A DNA stretch of 64,000 nt from Eledone cirrhosa (taxonomy: Eukaryota): NCBI GenBank assembly GCA_964016885.1, contig OZ024741.1:124062001-124126000 (forward strand). The letters run 5' to 3'. Within the stretch, counting starts at the first letter, position 1; each line of letters opens with the position of its first letter. Positions 1 to 15,170 of the stretch are shown here, piece after piece. Under the pieces are notes generated by a model. That model was given only the letters and a program-made list of their open reading frames with translations. It did not search any database and was not told the DNA's origin. A program made the translations under genes and the position numbers.

Positions 1-460
1 GCTCAGACACTAGCACATTAATTTCGCCAGCAGATTACTCCATCAATCAAACTAAGTGATCAGACCACGCCGAAGCTGATGCAGAGCAATTCCATGTTAA
101 AATCATTTATGCTGATTACAGAAATATTTTTATAAATAAGTCAAACAATGCATATATCTAATTGAATGTAAATCACTGAAATTTAAAGACAGTCATTCCA
201 ATAGTAAATGCGGCATCCAGACATTTTATATCCTACAGACAATATTCCTACATATGATCGACTGCAATTGAATAATGGGTAAATTATTGCATGTTAGTGT
301 CAAATAAACCAGAGGAATATATGTGTAAATATATAAATACAGGCACACGCACGCACATATGCACACACACACAAATACATACACACGCATAGATAGAAAT
401 ATATATATATATATTTACATATATACATATATTTATATATATGTATGTGTGTGTATGTAA

Positions 461-603
<143 letters not shown>

Positions 604-633
604 AACAAAAGATGGTTAAAGGAGTTCCATGTA

Positions 634-700
634 TTTTATTATGCGCATTTCAAAAACAAATATCATCATGCAATAATATTTGTGTGTTCATCAGATAAAA
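634..700 (-). ncRNA. Type I hammerhead ribozyme (left-arm copy)
   Basis: Reverse complement: UUUUAU-CUGAUGA-helix II-GAAA-UGCGCA-UA-AUAAAA. Confidence 0.8.
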
Positions 701-824
701 CAGTAGGACATGATATGAAGGCTAAAAAACACTTGTGGATAGTTCAGTTTTAAATCAACATATATGTTGATTTAAATCTGAACTATCCACAAGTGTTTTT
801 TAGCCTTCATATCATGTCCTCCTG

Positions 825-891
825 TTTTATCTGATGAAAACACAAATATTATTGCATGATGATATTTGTTTTTGAAATGCGCATAATAAAA
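825..891 (+). ncRNA. Type I hammerhead ribozyme
   Basis: Helix I TTTTAT/ATAAAA, CTGATGA 831-837, helix II ACAAATATT/GATATTTGT, GAAA 874-877, palindromic helix III ATGCGCAT, cleavage triplet AUA. Confidence 0.85.
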
Positions 892-1016
892 TACATGGAA
901 CTCCTTTAACCATCTTTTGTTCTTATATATTATGTATACTCCAGTCCTACAAACTGTAGAGTGCTTCTTATCCGATATCTGCATTGTTTTATTGTACTAC
1001 AATAAAACTCACCTCC

Positions 1017-1103
<87 letters not shown>

Positions 1104-1179
1104 TATATATATAGGGAAAGAGAGAGAGAGAGGCGTAGAGAGGGAGAAAGGGAGAGAGTGAGGGATACAGTGATCAGGA

Positions 1180-2116
1180 TTATACCAGTTTTTAACTAGA
1201 AAGACCATTATTTAGCAACGTACTCGTTATTTGGTATAATAGAGTGTAAATATACTAGAGAGTCAGACCCGACGGCTAAGTTCTTGCCGTTTCGACAGAA
1301 AACTCTACAGTCTGGAACTTGCAGTCCAAACAGCAAAAGCTCTGCCGCCAAGCCCTGAATCTCTTCTATATATATACATATACGACTTTGACTCGCCACA
1401 CACATTCCTTCCACCTCAATCCACTAAACTTTGTACAGAACCCATACTCCCAGTTTCTCCTTAGAACTCTGCCACCGACATCTCTCACACACACACAACC
1501 ACACGCATCCACACACTCCCTGCAACTACCTACAATTCCTTTCTCTATCCCATTTCACTATAGCTTCGCCCTTCTACACGGATACACCTATCCCTTTCAA
1601 CTCGGCTTCCGTGACTTTCGCTCTCCTGATTGTACCGACCACGGAGAAAACACATATGCACACACGCATCCAACAACCACACATCTCTGCCAAACACACA
1701 TACCAACTAACACGCGTTCACATATATGTAGGAACACACATCTCCACCAACTACACACGTAATACCCAGACACACGCAAACGCCTGGTAATTTTCACTCC
1801 GCCTGCACACAAACACCCATTCCTACTCCGTGAAAAGAAAATGGACGTCTGATCACTCCCCCTCTCTTCTCCGTGTTCTTTAAAATTAGTTTTGTAATTT
1901 CTTCCTAACTTTATTTCAACTACCATTGATTTAATTTTCTTTTTCTGCATTTTTCATTATTTAATGCTTTTCTTTGCTATATTCCTTTTTGTGTTATTCC
2001 TGATGAAGAGCAAATGCCCGATACGTTGATTATGTAACACTTTCTCCAATCATGAAACTAATACACTTTATATTATTGCATTCTCTTGTTCGTTCGTTGC
2101 GTGTATCTTTGACTTA
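1180..2116 (+). mobile_element. Degenerate PLE 3' end with C-rich UTR and decayed hammerhead
   Basis: CTGATGA-A-GAGC/GCCC-GATA-CGT..ATGT-A at about 2000-2040 (GAAA mutated); 3' half of a hammerhead on - strand at about 1262-1296 (GAAACGGC...GCCGTC); (TA)n flanks. Confidence 0.45.
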
Positions 2117-2182
2117 TATATATGAGTGTGTATATATATGTATATATATATATATGTATATATATATATGTATATATATATG

Positions 2183-2231
<49 letters not shown>

Positions 2232-2254
2232 ATGTATATATATATGTATGTATG

Positions 2255-2287
<33 letters not shown>

Positions 2288-2340
2288 ATGTATGTATATG
2301 TATATATATATATATGTATGTATATATATATGTATGTATG

Positions 2341-2392
<52 letters not shown>

Positions 2393-2684
2393 TATATATG
2401 TATGTATATATATATATATATGTATGTATATATATATATATGTATGTATATATATATATATATGTATGTATATATATATATGTGTATATATATATATATA
2501 TGTATGTATATATATATATGTATATATATATATGTATATATATATATGTATATATATATATATGTATATATATATATGTATATATATATATGTATATATA
2601 TATATGTATATATATATATGTATATATATATATATGTATGTATATATATATATATGTATATATATATGTATGTATATATATACG

Positions 2685-2740
<56 letters not shown>

Positions 2741-2798
2741 TATGTATGTATGTATATATATGTATGTATGTATGTATATATATGTATGTATGTATATG

Positions 2799-2830
<32 letters not shown>

Positions 2831-2946
2831 TATATGTATATATATATGTATGTATATATATATGTATATATATATATATGTATGTATATATATATATATG
2901 TATATATATATGTATGTATATATATATATGTATATATATATGTATG

Positions 2947-3007
<61 letters not shown>

Positions 3008-3072
3008 GTATGTATATGTATGTATGTATATATATGTATGTATGTATATATATGTATGTATGTATATATATG

Positions 3073-3162
<90 letters not shown>

Positions 3163-3256
3163 TGTATATATATGTATATATGTATATATATGTATATATG
3201 TATATATATATATGTATATGTATATATGTATATATATATATGTATATGTATATATG

Positions 3257-3287
<31 letters not shown>

Positions 3288-3352
3288 GTATATATATATA
3301 TGTATGTATATATATATATGTATATATATATATGTATATATATATATGTATG

Positions 3353-3399
<47 letters not shown>

Positions 3400-3404
3400 G
3401 TATG

Positions 3405-3487
<83 letters not shown>
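2117..3487. repeat. Compound (TA)n/(TATG)n microsatellite ending in (GA)n
   Basis: Direct inspection; source of spurious YI/YM-repeat ORFs. Confidence 0.97.
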
Positions 3488-4942
<1,455 letters not shown>

Positions 4943-5789
4943 GACTTTAACTTTGAATAACTTTGAAATGTTTTGGCCAGTATTGGCCCAGGCCATGTCT
5001 AACTTAATAGCACCACCTGGCGAAGTCTTTCAATTCAGGATTTGGGCACCATGGCCCATTCGAGAAGAGAATTACTGTTTGCGGAGACATATCCGGGTGT
5101 GGGTGGTTTGTCCGGGATTACTTGGAGGAATTTGTCCAAAGACTTCTTGAATTTTTTGTGGTCAGTTTCTGTTTTGACGTGTCCTGGTGTGATGTTGAAG
5201 AGAGCAGGGCCGATTGAGGTGAAATAATTGTGCCGTATTGTTGTTATGAGTTGCGATTTAGATTTTTGAATGGGACGGATAGCACGGGGCCCAAGCCTTG
5301 GGTGTATCTTGAAGGCGATGCCAACATCATTTGGGCAGTGATGATGGAACATTTTCCACATCATGCAGATAATATAACGCTCACGGCGACGTTGGAGTGA
5401 GTAAAGTTTCAGGTTTTCTAATCGACCCCAGTAGTCAAGGTCTGACATGCCATCTATCTTTTTCGTGATTGCCCTTTGAGGAGCTTCAAGTTTCATGATA
5501 CTTTGTTTCGTGTGGGGAGACCACAGTGGACAACAGTATTCAAGGTGTGGTCGGGCAAAAGTAGAGAAGAGAAGGATAATGGTGCGGGAATCTCTCGACT
5601 GGAAGGTTCTGAGGATCCAGGAACACATTCTGCGGGCCATGTCAACTTTGCTGCTTATATGCGTGGTCCAGCTTATGTTGCTGTCCACGGTTACTCCCAA
5701 GTCTCTGATGTTGTTAGATGCCACGAGAGTTTCCCCGGAGGGAAGGGAGTACGGGAGTTTCAGAGCATCCTCTTTTCCAAAGTGGATCA
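4943..5789 (-). mobile_element. 5'-truncated CR1-group LINE (C-terminal ORF2 and 3' UTR)
   Basis: Open frame to stop at 5035 with [33 protein letters not shown] and FKKSLDKFL motifs; AAAGTT-type tail; inserted in TA/TATG array. Confidence 0.85.
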
Positions 5790-5792
5790 TAC

Positions 5793-5858
<66 letters not shown>

Positions 5859-5876
5859 GTATATATATATGTATGT

Positions 5877-5959
<83 letters not shown>

Positions 5960-6115
5960 TATATATGTATGTATGTATACATATGTATGTATATCTATAT
6001 ATGTATGTATATATATATATATGTATATATATGTATGTATATCTATATATGTATGTATATATATATATATATGTATATATATGTATATATATATATATAT
6101 ATGTATAAATATATG

Positions 6116-6146
<31 letters not shown>
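5790..6146. repeat. (TA)n/(TATG)n microsatellite
   Basis: Direct inspection. Confidence 0.95.
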
Positions 6147-6147
<1 letters not shown>

Positions 6148-6272
6148 AGAACAAAAGATGGTTAAAGATGTTCTTATATATTATGTATACTCCAGTCCTA
6201 CAAACTGTAGAGTGCTTCTTATCCGATATCTGCATTGATTTATTGTACTACAATAAAACTCACCTCCTACAT
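6147..6272 (+). mobile_element. Ultra-short copy of the 596-1020 family (20-bp inverted stub plus tail, no ribozyme)
   Basis: 6147-6166 matches 601-620; 6170-6272 matches about 919-1021. Confidence 0.85.
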
Positions 6273-6295
6273 ATGTATATATATATATATGTATG

Positions 6296-6352
<57 letters not shown>

Positions 6353-6542
6353 GTATATAGTTAGGGAAGCAGAAAGTTGCTTATTGTGATCCAGTTCGTG
6401 GTTAAGAAAGCCAGTTTCATGGATGGTTTCAACGTACGGTTAGGGGTAACTCCACAAGTTTGTAAGAATTCCGTTAAATCTTGGAGTATAAAGTATAAAA
6501 GAGAAAGCACAGGTAAGTATTAAGAGAAGTATTTTATCCAGG

Positions 6543-6643
6543 TATTTACGACCGTTTCATTGGTAAGTGCAACCTTATATTGCTATACTGCAAATAGCAG
6601 CCACACAATTATAATTGTTGTTCACGTCCAAATCTTCAAAATA
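6543..6643 (-). ncRNA. Hammerhead in PLE 3' pseudo-LTR (U3.G8, enlarged helix II)
   Basis: UAUU-UUGAAGA-U-UUGG...CCAA-U-GAAA-CGGUCG-UA-AAUA. Confidence 0.65.
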
Positions 6644-7213
6644 GTGAGTAAGTTACTCTTGAAATAGTTCTTAATATATAGTGAAAAACATTTTTTCGGA
6701 ATTGTATTTACTAGTATAGAGAGAGAGGAGGAGGAATTAGAAGGTGAGGGGACAAACGGAATAGTATAGAGAGAGAGGAAGAGGGAAGAGTTAGGAAGGA
6801 GAGTGGCAAACTGAGATGGAGGGAGGGGTAGAGGTGAAAGGATTCCTTGATCAGTTTTGATATGTAGACTTCATGTCGTGGAATGTAGTGAGTTAAAGAG
6901 AATTAAATTGATCATAGTGGGAGGGATGGATAGAGAGAGGGAGGGGGAGGAGATATAAAGAGATAAATATATATATAAAAAATAAAGATAAAGATAACAA
7001 TGACAAAAATAAAAGCAAAGAAGGGGGGAGAAAGAGGAAAATAAAATACCCAAAAAGGGGAGGGGAGGAAGGAAGAAAACGAAGAATTAGAAAAGGAATG
7101 AAGGAGAAGGGAGGGATATAGGTATTGGTTTTTGTGGGTAATTAAAAGGGTTTAGATACAATAAGAGGGTATAAAGTCTAAGTATATGTAGTTTATCAGT
7201 TGGTAGTAAGAGG

Positions 7214-9322
7214 TTACGGGTTCGATTTGCACTTGTAGTGCGAAAACTTCTCTTTGAGTCTATGGTTACAATAAATTGATCTTTCGATTTTATTGTTGAG
7301 TAACTTATTCTTCGAACTCAAAATGTCGAACAGCTCAAGGTCACATAATCGACAGCTTCTCATACCACTCCGATATGGGGGCACGTTCGATGGGTTTTTC
7401 CACTTCAGGGTGTATTGATGGTTACTTTCCCTCAGTTGCCAGGTCTTGCTTACAAGGGTAGTTACATAACGATTCTGGGAATGTTTCATTGCGTAACGGT
7501 GTGTATACCAACGGGCTTTAAATGTATTCCCAGTCGCTCCGATGTAATACCACTTCTGGTTGTCTGATTCCACTGTGCATTAGTAAACCAGGTTAGACTG
7601 CATACATTCATTATGTAATGTAATGGACAGGTTTCAGGTAGGTGGCAGTTACAATTCTTGTCAAGGGTAACTTTGGCATTATTGGTGGGCTGCGATACCT
7701 GTACAAGTGTGTTACGTTTTGTTTACCTATTAGTGGGTGGTTATGTATTAGATATTCTGTTGTGTTCAATGGTGATTGTATTGTTATTGTTGTAAATTTG
7801 TGTTCTAATGTTGTTATGTATCTTTTTAGCGTTAAGCATCTTAATGTGTGCCTCTATATTTGATGCCGTGGAGTAAGATAGTCTATTAGATTTAGTGTTA
7901 AGGATGTTGCTGTATCTATGTGAATCTGGAAAGTGCTTATTTATATTTTCTGAAGAAGGTAGAGGGTAGGTTAGTACTAATAGAGGTGTTAAATATGGGG
8001 TTATACCAAATATATTTTCTACTGCGTGACTTGTTTGATTTCGATGTTGTATTTGTATTTACCGTATACTTTGTAGTTCTATGCGTAAGTGCGTGTGTGC
8101 GTGTGTTTCTGGGTTTGTATTATGCGTGTTCGTGTGCGCTTTGCGGAGGCTTTCATCTATATATTCTACTCTATCTAAGTGGACTGCCTTCTCAAATGCG
8201 GTATTGTAGTATACTGCATGTTCCTCGAAGATTTGTCGGTTAGATGAGAGGCAGGAGAAGGGCGTCGTCTATGTAGATTCCACCGTGAAGGTCGCTAAAC
8301 TCACTCTGTAAACTATGGGCTATGTAAATACCTACTAAATCTGTGACTTGAGCCGAGTCGTTAGCCCTCATCGTGATGTCAAAGTTATTTAATCTATCCT
8401 TACGTTCCCAATAGGCGTTTTCAAATTTAATTATTGTTTTCCTAGCAGCTAATATGATTTTTATCTCGTCGTCTGTTTGGTCAGAATTGGCTTTGGCGAA
8501 TGCTAAGGCTTTATCCAAGGTGTTGGGGGATATAGAGGAGTAACAGTCGTTAATGTCAAATTGTATAAATTTAGATACTTTTTTGTTAGCTATATTGTTA
8601 AACCACTTAATTGTTTCGGTAGCGTTACCCCATAGTTTAATCACTAGTTTATTCTTCATTTGTCCCATCACTCTGTCTAATATATGTTTACTAATTTTCC
8701 CGATGTCCGATTTGGACGGGCATATAAGTCTAATTGTGGGGTTATAATCAAAATTTACCTTGTGGTCCTCGAGACTAAATGTGGGGGTACATGACCTAAG
8801 TGGCTCCGTTCTGTCGTCTATTCCTAGGTGTTTTACTATATTGTGTGCCTCGTTGTTGATGTTTATCAGTGCCGCCTCATTAGTTTTTTTGTATTTCCTA
8901 TGTAATTCTTTCCGTATGAAGCTATTGTATGTACTAACATCCATCGTATACACATTTGTGGTTTTGTCCGCTTTGACAATAATTCCATTGGTAGTTCGCA
9001 GCTTTTTTAGGAATGTATTTATGTCATTCTGGAGTTTATTATTCCTCCGCTTTTTTAATTTGATATTCATAATCATCTTCAGTAAGTCCTGTTCAAAGGC
9101 ATACAGTTGAGGGTTGGTAGGTCGGTTCTTACACGATTTGAAGCCGTATGTTTCCTTGTTGTATTACACGGTGCGACCATTAGGTCCTTTGTCGAAATGG
9201 AAAGTTTTCCATCTAACTCGGCGTATGAAGTCGTTTGTTCGTTGTATCATCCCGAGGGTATAATCCTTTCTCAAAGGTATAGGAATGTTCTTTAGGGACA
9301 TACCTATGTAATGCTTTTCCAT
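7214..9322 (-). pseudogene. PLE RT-GIY-YIG polyprotein, disrupted
   Basis: MEKHYIGMSLKNIPIP start at 9322, FIRRVRWK, YGFKS, VKADKTTNVY, IRLICPSKSDIGKISK, FIQFDI, GGIYIDD, CNC..CPL..C zinc motif, YYIGAT, CRLC; stops, frameshifts and an internal deletion after the DD motif. Confidence 0.9.
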
Positions 9323-9476
9323 GTTTAGGTGGTTGCTCGACCGATAAGGAGCCTGTAGTTAGGGAAGCAGAAAATTGCTTATTGTGATCCTCCCCTCTCT
9401 CTATACTAGTAAATACAATTTTAAAAAAGTGTTTTTCTCTATATATTAAGAACTATTTCAAGAGTAACTTATTCAC

Positions 9477-9577
9477 TATTTTGAAAATTTGGACGTGAAC
9501 AACAATTATAATTGAGTGACTGCTATTTGCAGTATAGCAATATAAGGTTGCACTTACCAATGAAACGGTCGTAAATA
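9477..9577 (+). ncRNA. Hammerhead in inverted pseudo-LTR (U3-A8 variant)
   Basis: TATT-TTGAAAA-T-TTGG...CCAA-T-GAAA-CGGTCG-TA-AATA. Confidence 0.65.
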
Positions 9578-9677
9578 CCTGGATAAAATCCTTCTCTTAA
9601 TGCTTACCTGTGTTTTCTCTTTTATAATATATATGTATATATATATGTATATATATATGTGTGTATATATATATATG

Positions 9678-9730
<53 letters not shown>

Positions 9731-10586
9731 GTGTGTGTGTGTATATATATATATATGTTTGTGTGGATGCATATTTATGTAATCGCTTATTTTCTCAAAT
9801 CTTTCATTCGAATCAAACCATCGGACATTTGTCACAAGGCTCTACTCTCATTCAAAATTCACAATATCCAAATAGTAATGCGAATACCCATATATGGACT
9901 GATTCTCTTTTATCGATTATTTAACTGAGAAAATCTTTCAGAAAAGCATTAATTAACCTAAATTTAAGTACAGTTTATGTTATGTAAGAAATTCGCCTAG
10001 ACTTAAATATTTGAGAAAACATGTTTACTTAGTACATACATTGAATGTTGAATAATGCAGAAACCTTGTTAGTGTAAACTATTCAGATCGTAAATTTATT
10101 TCTCTTTCAAAAGTGCGAAATAAGCATATCTCCCTGCAAAATGTATGTATGTATGTTTTATAATTTCACAAATTTTTGCCAATAGAGAGAGTCGGTTTCT
10201 AACATAGATACAATACTCTCTCATTGGAATTTACACAACATCAACTAGATAGATATGTATGCATATCTGCATGCATGCATTTGTGTGCATGTATGTATGT
10301 TAATGTATGTGTGGATGTGTATGTTTTGAGTTTGTATGTGTGCATGTGCATATGCTTTGTATCTGTACATGTGTTATTAGATTCAGGAATTGGGGAATGT
10401 TTTACATATTTTTACTATTCCATCAATGGATTATGTATGTATGTTATCTCTTTCTCTTAATTTAGAGTATATTTCTTTGACCGGCGACCTTCCTGGTGGC
10501 AAGGTTGTAAAATAAATGAAATTGTCATCTCTTGAATCGCAAGAATGTTTTGCAAATTTTGAAGGTGCCAGCTATCGCAGCCATTT

Positions 10587-10671
10587 GTATGTATGTATGT
10601 ATGTATGTATGTATGTATGTATGTATGTATGTATGTATGTATGTATGTATGTATGTATGTATGTATGTATG
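10587..10671. repeat. (TATG)n microsatellite
   Basis: Direct inspection. Confidence 0.95.
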
Positions 10672-10872
10672 CATGCATCCATGCATGCATGTATGTGTGA
10701 GGAGGGTAATTTTGAACACTCTGCAGAAAACAAACCTGACAATGTGCGGAAGATCTCATAAGTGTCAACGGCCATTCAAAAATGTGTAAATATGTATATG
10801 CATGTATGCATGTGTATGTGTGTATGTGTGTATATATATATATATACATTTATACGTGTGTATATATATATA

Positions 10873-11225
10873 CGCGGGGACATAGAAACAATCGGGCTAG
10901 ATACCCGATTGCGTGGTTAAACCACTGGGAGTGAAGGACCGCTAGCATTTGTCAGGGCATTCTTCTAGGAGAAGGCAACTCAGGAAACGGGGATAACTCC
11001 GACATAAAACCTGCGGCTCAGTAGTTCCCGATGATGTTGATCTTTTCTTTTTTTCGGGTTATATCTACTGTCACTCAGAAAGTGGGATTGGCTCAGTGCA
11101 CAGACTTTCCTCACTTTAAACAAATCTTCACGCACAGGCATTGCACGACAGAATTAATTTATAATTATTAATAATGTTATATCGTGCCATGGCCATACTC
11201 GATAACGAGGGGGCAGCCATCATCA
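10873..11225 (+). mobile_element. Probable RTE 5'UTR-derived non-autonomous repeat
   Basis: GC-richer block between microsatellites with CTAGGAGAAGGCAACTC...AAACC motif reminiscent of RTE 5' UTRs. Confidence 0.35.
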
Positions 11226-11399
11226 TGTATGTATGAACTTATTGCTGTAAGTAATAAATTCATATATACCTACAAATAGGGCGACACAATAGCGCCAACA
11301 CTGTTTTGACTGTTCTTGCAGTGATATTTTTAAAGACATTTAAATTCTATCGACATAGATTATAAATCCGTTTTCGTACATTCTGGAAGTTTTTCGGCA

Positions 11400-12080
11400 G
11401 AATATGTTTTGGAGGTAGATGTCTGCAATCCTTTTTTCACGCGCAGGAAGATATATAGGACCTAATGGTCTTTTCCAGCAGTTCGTGTTCTGCGTTTAGT
11501 TTAACATTCAATTTCCAAAAGACTGTGATCATGTACCAGTCGGCACCTGGAATGTCATATGTAGAACCAGACATAAGAGTGCATGATCAGAATCTCTGTG
11601 TGATCGACAGATGTTTGTACATTGACAGTACTTTTAATGTACCGTACACCTTTGACAATGAAATAACAAAAATCATGAAAGCTACTGATGCATTCAACAA
11701 GTTGGAAAAACGACCATGGTCTCAGCGTGGCATCTCCATTGATTCTAGAGTTAAGTGCTACGTGACTTCTGTAATAACATCTCTAATGTATGCTTGTGAG
11801 GAGCGTGTTATTTACCGGAAGCATCTAAAATAGCTGGACCCCTTTCACCGGCAGTGTCTTCGTTGAATCTTGGTTCTCCAGAGGAGGATGTATGTGAGTG
11901 ATGCAGATGTCCTTGAAAGAAAACACTGTCAGAGTATCGAGTCGATTATCTTACAACACCTTCTCCGATGGGTGGAACATGTGAGAATGGAGAACTGAAT
12001 GTTACCCAAATAATTCCTTTATGGAGAATCAGGGGATGCAACCTCCACCTCATAAACATATGTTTGTTTTCAAGGTCTGT
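11400..12080 (+). pseudogene. RTE-clade LINE ORF C-terminal relic
   Basis: KTVIMYQSAPG, DNEIT..KATDAFNKL, SLMYACE, YRKHLK*LDPFHRQCLR, LRWVEHV..M motifs with stops. Confidence 0.8.
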
Positions 12081-13013
12081 GTGAAACCTCTTTCATTAAT
12101 GCTGTCACTTCTGGTCATACCAGCACTGAGTTTCCACACTCCTTCAGTCTAATTGTGGGAGACTGAAGAGAGAAAGTTGACCAAGAAGACACGCTGTGAG
12201 GGCGAACACGGGACCTCATTAATACAAAATTAACTTCTTAACCACTCTTTATGGATAATATAAATCTGGGTCAAAATTCTGTGTAAGAAAAGTTAATGAC
12301 AGTTAATTGGCATGCTTGCATATAATTATAATTGTAAATATAAGCTAATGTTCGATGTATTCAACATCATATATTTCATTTATTTTTTACATTATATATT
12401 TTCAATATATATTTCCTAAAGTACGTTCTAAGTGTTTGGACAGTATGAATACTGTAAATATCTCCATACAAACTGGAAGCAATTTATATATTACACAGTA
12501 ATTAATGATATTCTTAGAAAGGTAATGTGCTAAGATTTAGGGAAATTATACAATATTGGATTCATTCACTTCGTCCTTCTCTTTCCATATGGAAGTCCTG
12601 CTTTCATTGATTTCATTCATACAGGGGCTGATAACGCTGTGTGTGTATGTGTGTATGTGTGTGTGTGTGTGCGTGTGTGTGTGCGCGCGATGTATGGTTT
12701 AATAGAGCATTCCTGTAAAATCTTTCTATATATATATATATTTATTAAAATAACAGCATTTCAGCCATTCAAGTGTGTCCAAGCCGGATAACTGCATTTA
12801 GGAGTTTTTGTCAAATACAAGTGAATTCAGTATTTTAATCGATAGGTATTTAATCGATCTCCATTCATTAAAATGCCACCTTATACATCTTAAATGAGCC
12901 TACAAATTTACATCGATGAGCATTGGTATATATTGATATACGCACGTACATAATGATACACATATACACACACATGTAACAATCCATCAATGCATAAAAC
13001 TAAGAGGTAGCTA

Positions 13014-13092
<79 letters not shown>

Positions 13093-13149
13093 AGACAAAC
13101 AGAATGACAGGGAGGTGCACACACAGGCAGACAGACAGAAAGATAAAGA

Positions 13150-13415
13150 GATAATTGTTTCTACTTTTGGCACAAGGCCAGCAATTATTCCAGTACATTA
13201 CTGGTACTTTATTTTATCGACTCCGTAAGGATGAAAGCAAAGTTAACCTCGACGGAATTTGAACTCAGACCATAGGGGGACGTAACTGTGCTACAAAGCA
13301 TGGTGTCCAACCCTCTACTGATATTGCCAATCCATAAAGAGATAATTGATTCTACTTTTGGCACAAGGCCAGCAATCACCCAGTGTATTACTGGTACTTT
13401 ATTTTATCGACCCCG
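13150..13415 (-). mobile_element. tRNA-derived Nin/Deu-domain-like SINE, one full plus one partial copy
   Basis: Reverse complement of GAGTTCAAAT B-box plus CTTTCATCCTTACGG..TCGATAAAATAAAGTACCAG core shared with many copies in the window. Confidence 0.8.
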
Positions 13416-13766
13416 TAGTGAGTTTGCATGTGTTTGTATAAGGCGTCTTACGATTGTAAAGAAAATAAGAAATAAAAGGTGAATTTAACATCTTGATGGT
13501 TTAGGCGTAGCGGTTATCGGTAAGTCTTTTCAAGTTCAAACCCATTTTTAATCGTACCAGCTGGATATTTAATGCTTTGAAGATCAAGACTTAAGTTCTT
13601 TTACATACGTATTTGAAAAATTATAGAGATATTCGCTTGATATATGTATGAGAAGTAAATGAAAGATATATTAAACCAATTGTTTTATTATATTGAATGA
13701 TTCCGTAGAACAGGTAGAGGAAAGAGACAGTTATATACAATATGCAAGCTTGAATTTTATAGTATA

Positions 13767-14659
13767 CTAGCAGTAAAGCCCGGCGTTGCTCGGGGTCGCT
13801 CAGTAGCTGTGTTGAAGTTACAATGTTAAGTTTCTTTCTTGGCTTAAAAACTGTAGTGTCTACTGTGCAGACTTGCATGTGGTGTTTTTGATTAATATTC
13901 GCTCAACCAACAATATGCCTTATGAAGTTAAGAAAACATAACGATAACCCGAATGTTATAACAAAAGAGGATGCTGGGGATAGAAACTGCACTGGTTATT
14001 TATTAACAAAGATCGAAAATGTAAACACTGCAACGCAGAGAAAAACATTAGCGTAACCAAATTATCAGTTATGTCTGTCTGCACGCCTATATCACCTCTC
14101 TGCACGACTGTCTGTCTGCACGCCTATATCACCTCTCTGCACGACTGTCTGTCTGCACGCCTATATCACCCCTCTGCACGACTATCTGTCTGCACGCGTT
14201 TATCACCTCTCTGCACGACTGTCTGTCTGCACGACTGTCTGTCTGCACGCCTAACGACGAAATATTTGCTTGTTTTACGTAGTCTTTAAATATACTTGTT
14301 TTCAAGTAAAAATATTGTTTTAAAATGCTTTTAAATGGAAATGAAGCAAAACGGAAGCTTCGTGTATTGTGTTAATGTCATTTTAAACGCTGAGAAAGCT
14401 AGCGTAATTTTTTACGTAAGACGCTCAATGTAAACAGAACAAAGGGAAATAACTGATAACTTACGCTCAAAAATCGATACATTATATTCGATTTCGTCAC
14501 ATAGGGTGGGTCAATTTGAAATATTTTTTTTCCGATGTCTTCGCTAGGGCTCAATGTACAAGTCTAGCAATTTCGGTGCAATTCCGTGAGAGATTCTAAG
14601 AGGAGATGTGTGCCAAAAATCGATAGACAGACAGACAACCACAGTTTTATATATATAGA
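13767..14659 (-). mobile_element. Non-autonomous Helitron (Lep1-like structure)
   Basis: On - strand: A|TC 5' end followed by (CTGT)n, 3' hairpin CCCGAGC-AAC-GCCGGG then CTAG|T; no TSD. Confidence 0.75.
14072..14251. repeat. 37-bp minisatellite, 4 full copies plus partials, inside the Helitron
   Basis: Unit TGTCTGTCTGCACGCCTATATCACCTCTCTGCACGAC at 14072, 14109, 14146, 14183. Confidence 0.9.
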
Positions 14660-14997
14660 TTTATTTTCAACACGCTTTCGTTGAATTAGAATCCCCCAGT
14701 AGGCTTAGTTTATGCATTTGCACCTCGGCATGAAAAACCTTCATTCCGGCATCTTTTCTTATTGTTGAATATTAAACACACACACAAACACGTACACATA
14801 CACAAACACACACACAAACACGTACACGTACACAAACACACATACACACACACACACACAAACACGTACACATACACAAACACACATAAACACACAAACA
14901 CACAAACAAACACAAACACACATACACACAAACACGTACACACATACACACACAAACGCACAAACACACACACATATATATATGTGTGTGTGTGTGT

Positions 14998-15170
14998 TTG
15001 GAATGCGTCTAAGGCAACGAAGACGGAAGGCGTTATGACGCGCTCATATCTGATGTAAAGGCTCCATGTCTCACTGCCGTAAAGTAGTGTGTCGAGGAGG
15101 TGAGCCTTGTAGAAAGCAATCTTGATGTTTGTGGTCAATTTTCTGTTCTCCCTGACTCCCTGGCGAATGT
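14998..15170 (-). pseudogene. RTE LINE relic
   Basis: IKIAFYKA..LDTLLYGSETWSLY motif. Confidence 0.7.

Larger units (their letters stand above)
6358..9625 (-). mobile_element. Naiad-type Penelope-like element, near full length, with inverted pseudo-LTR
   Basis: 35-bp direct terminal repeat 6358-6392/9356-9390; inverted repeat 6495-6728/9392-9625; RT plus GIY-YIG pseudogene inside; (TA)n flanks. Confidence 0.92.

Noticed and set aside
14072-14251. CRISPR-like array
   Set aside because: Tandem units have no unique spacers; eukaryotic minisatellite inside a Helitron
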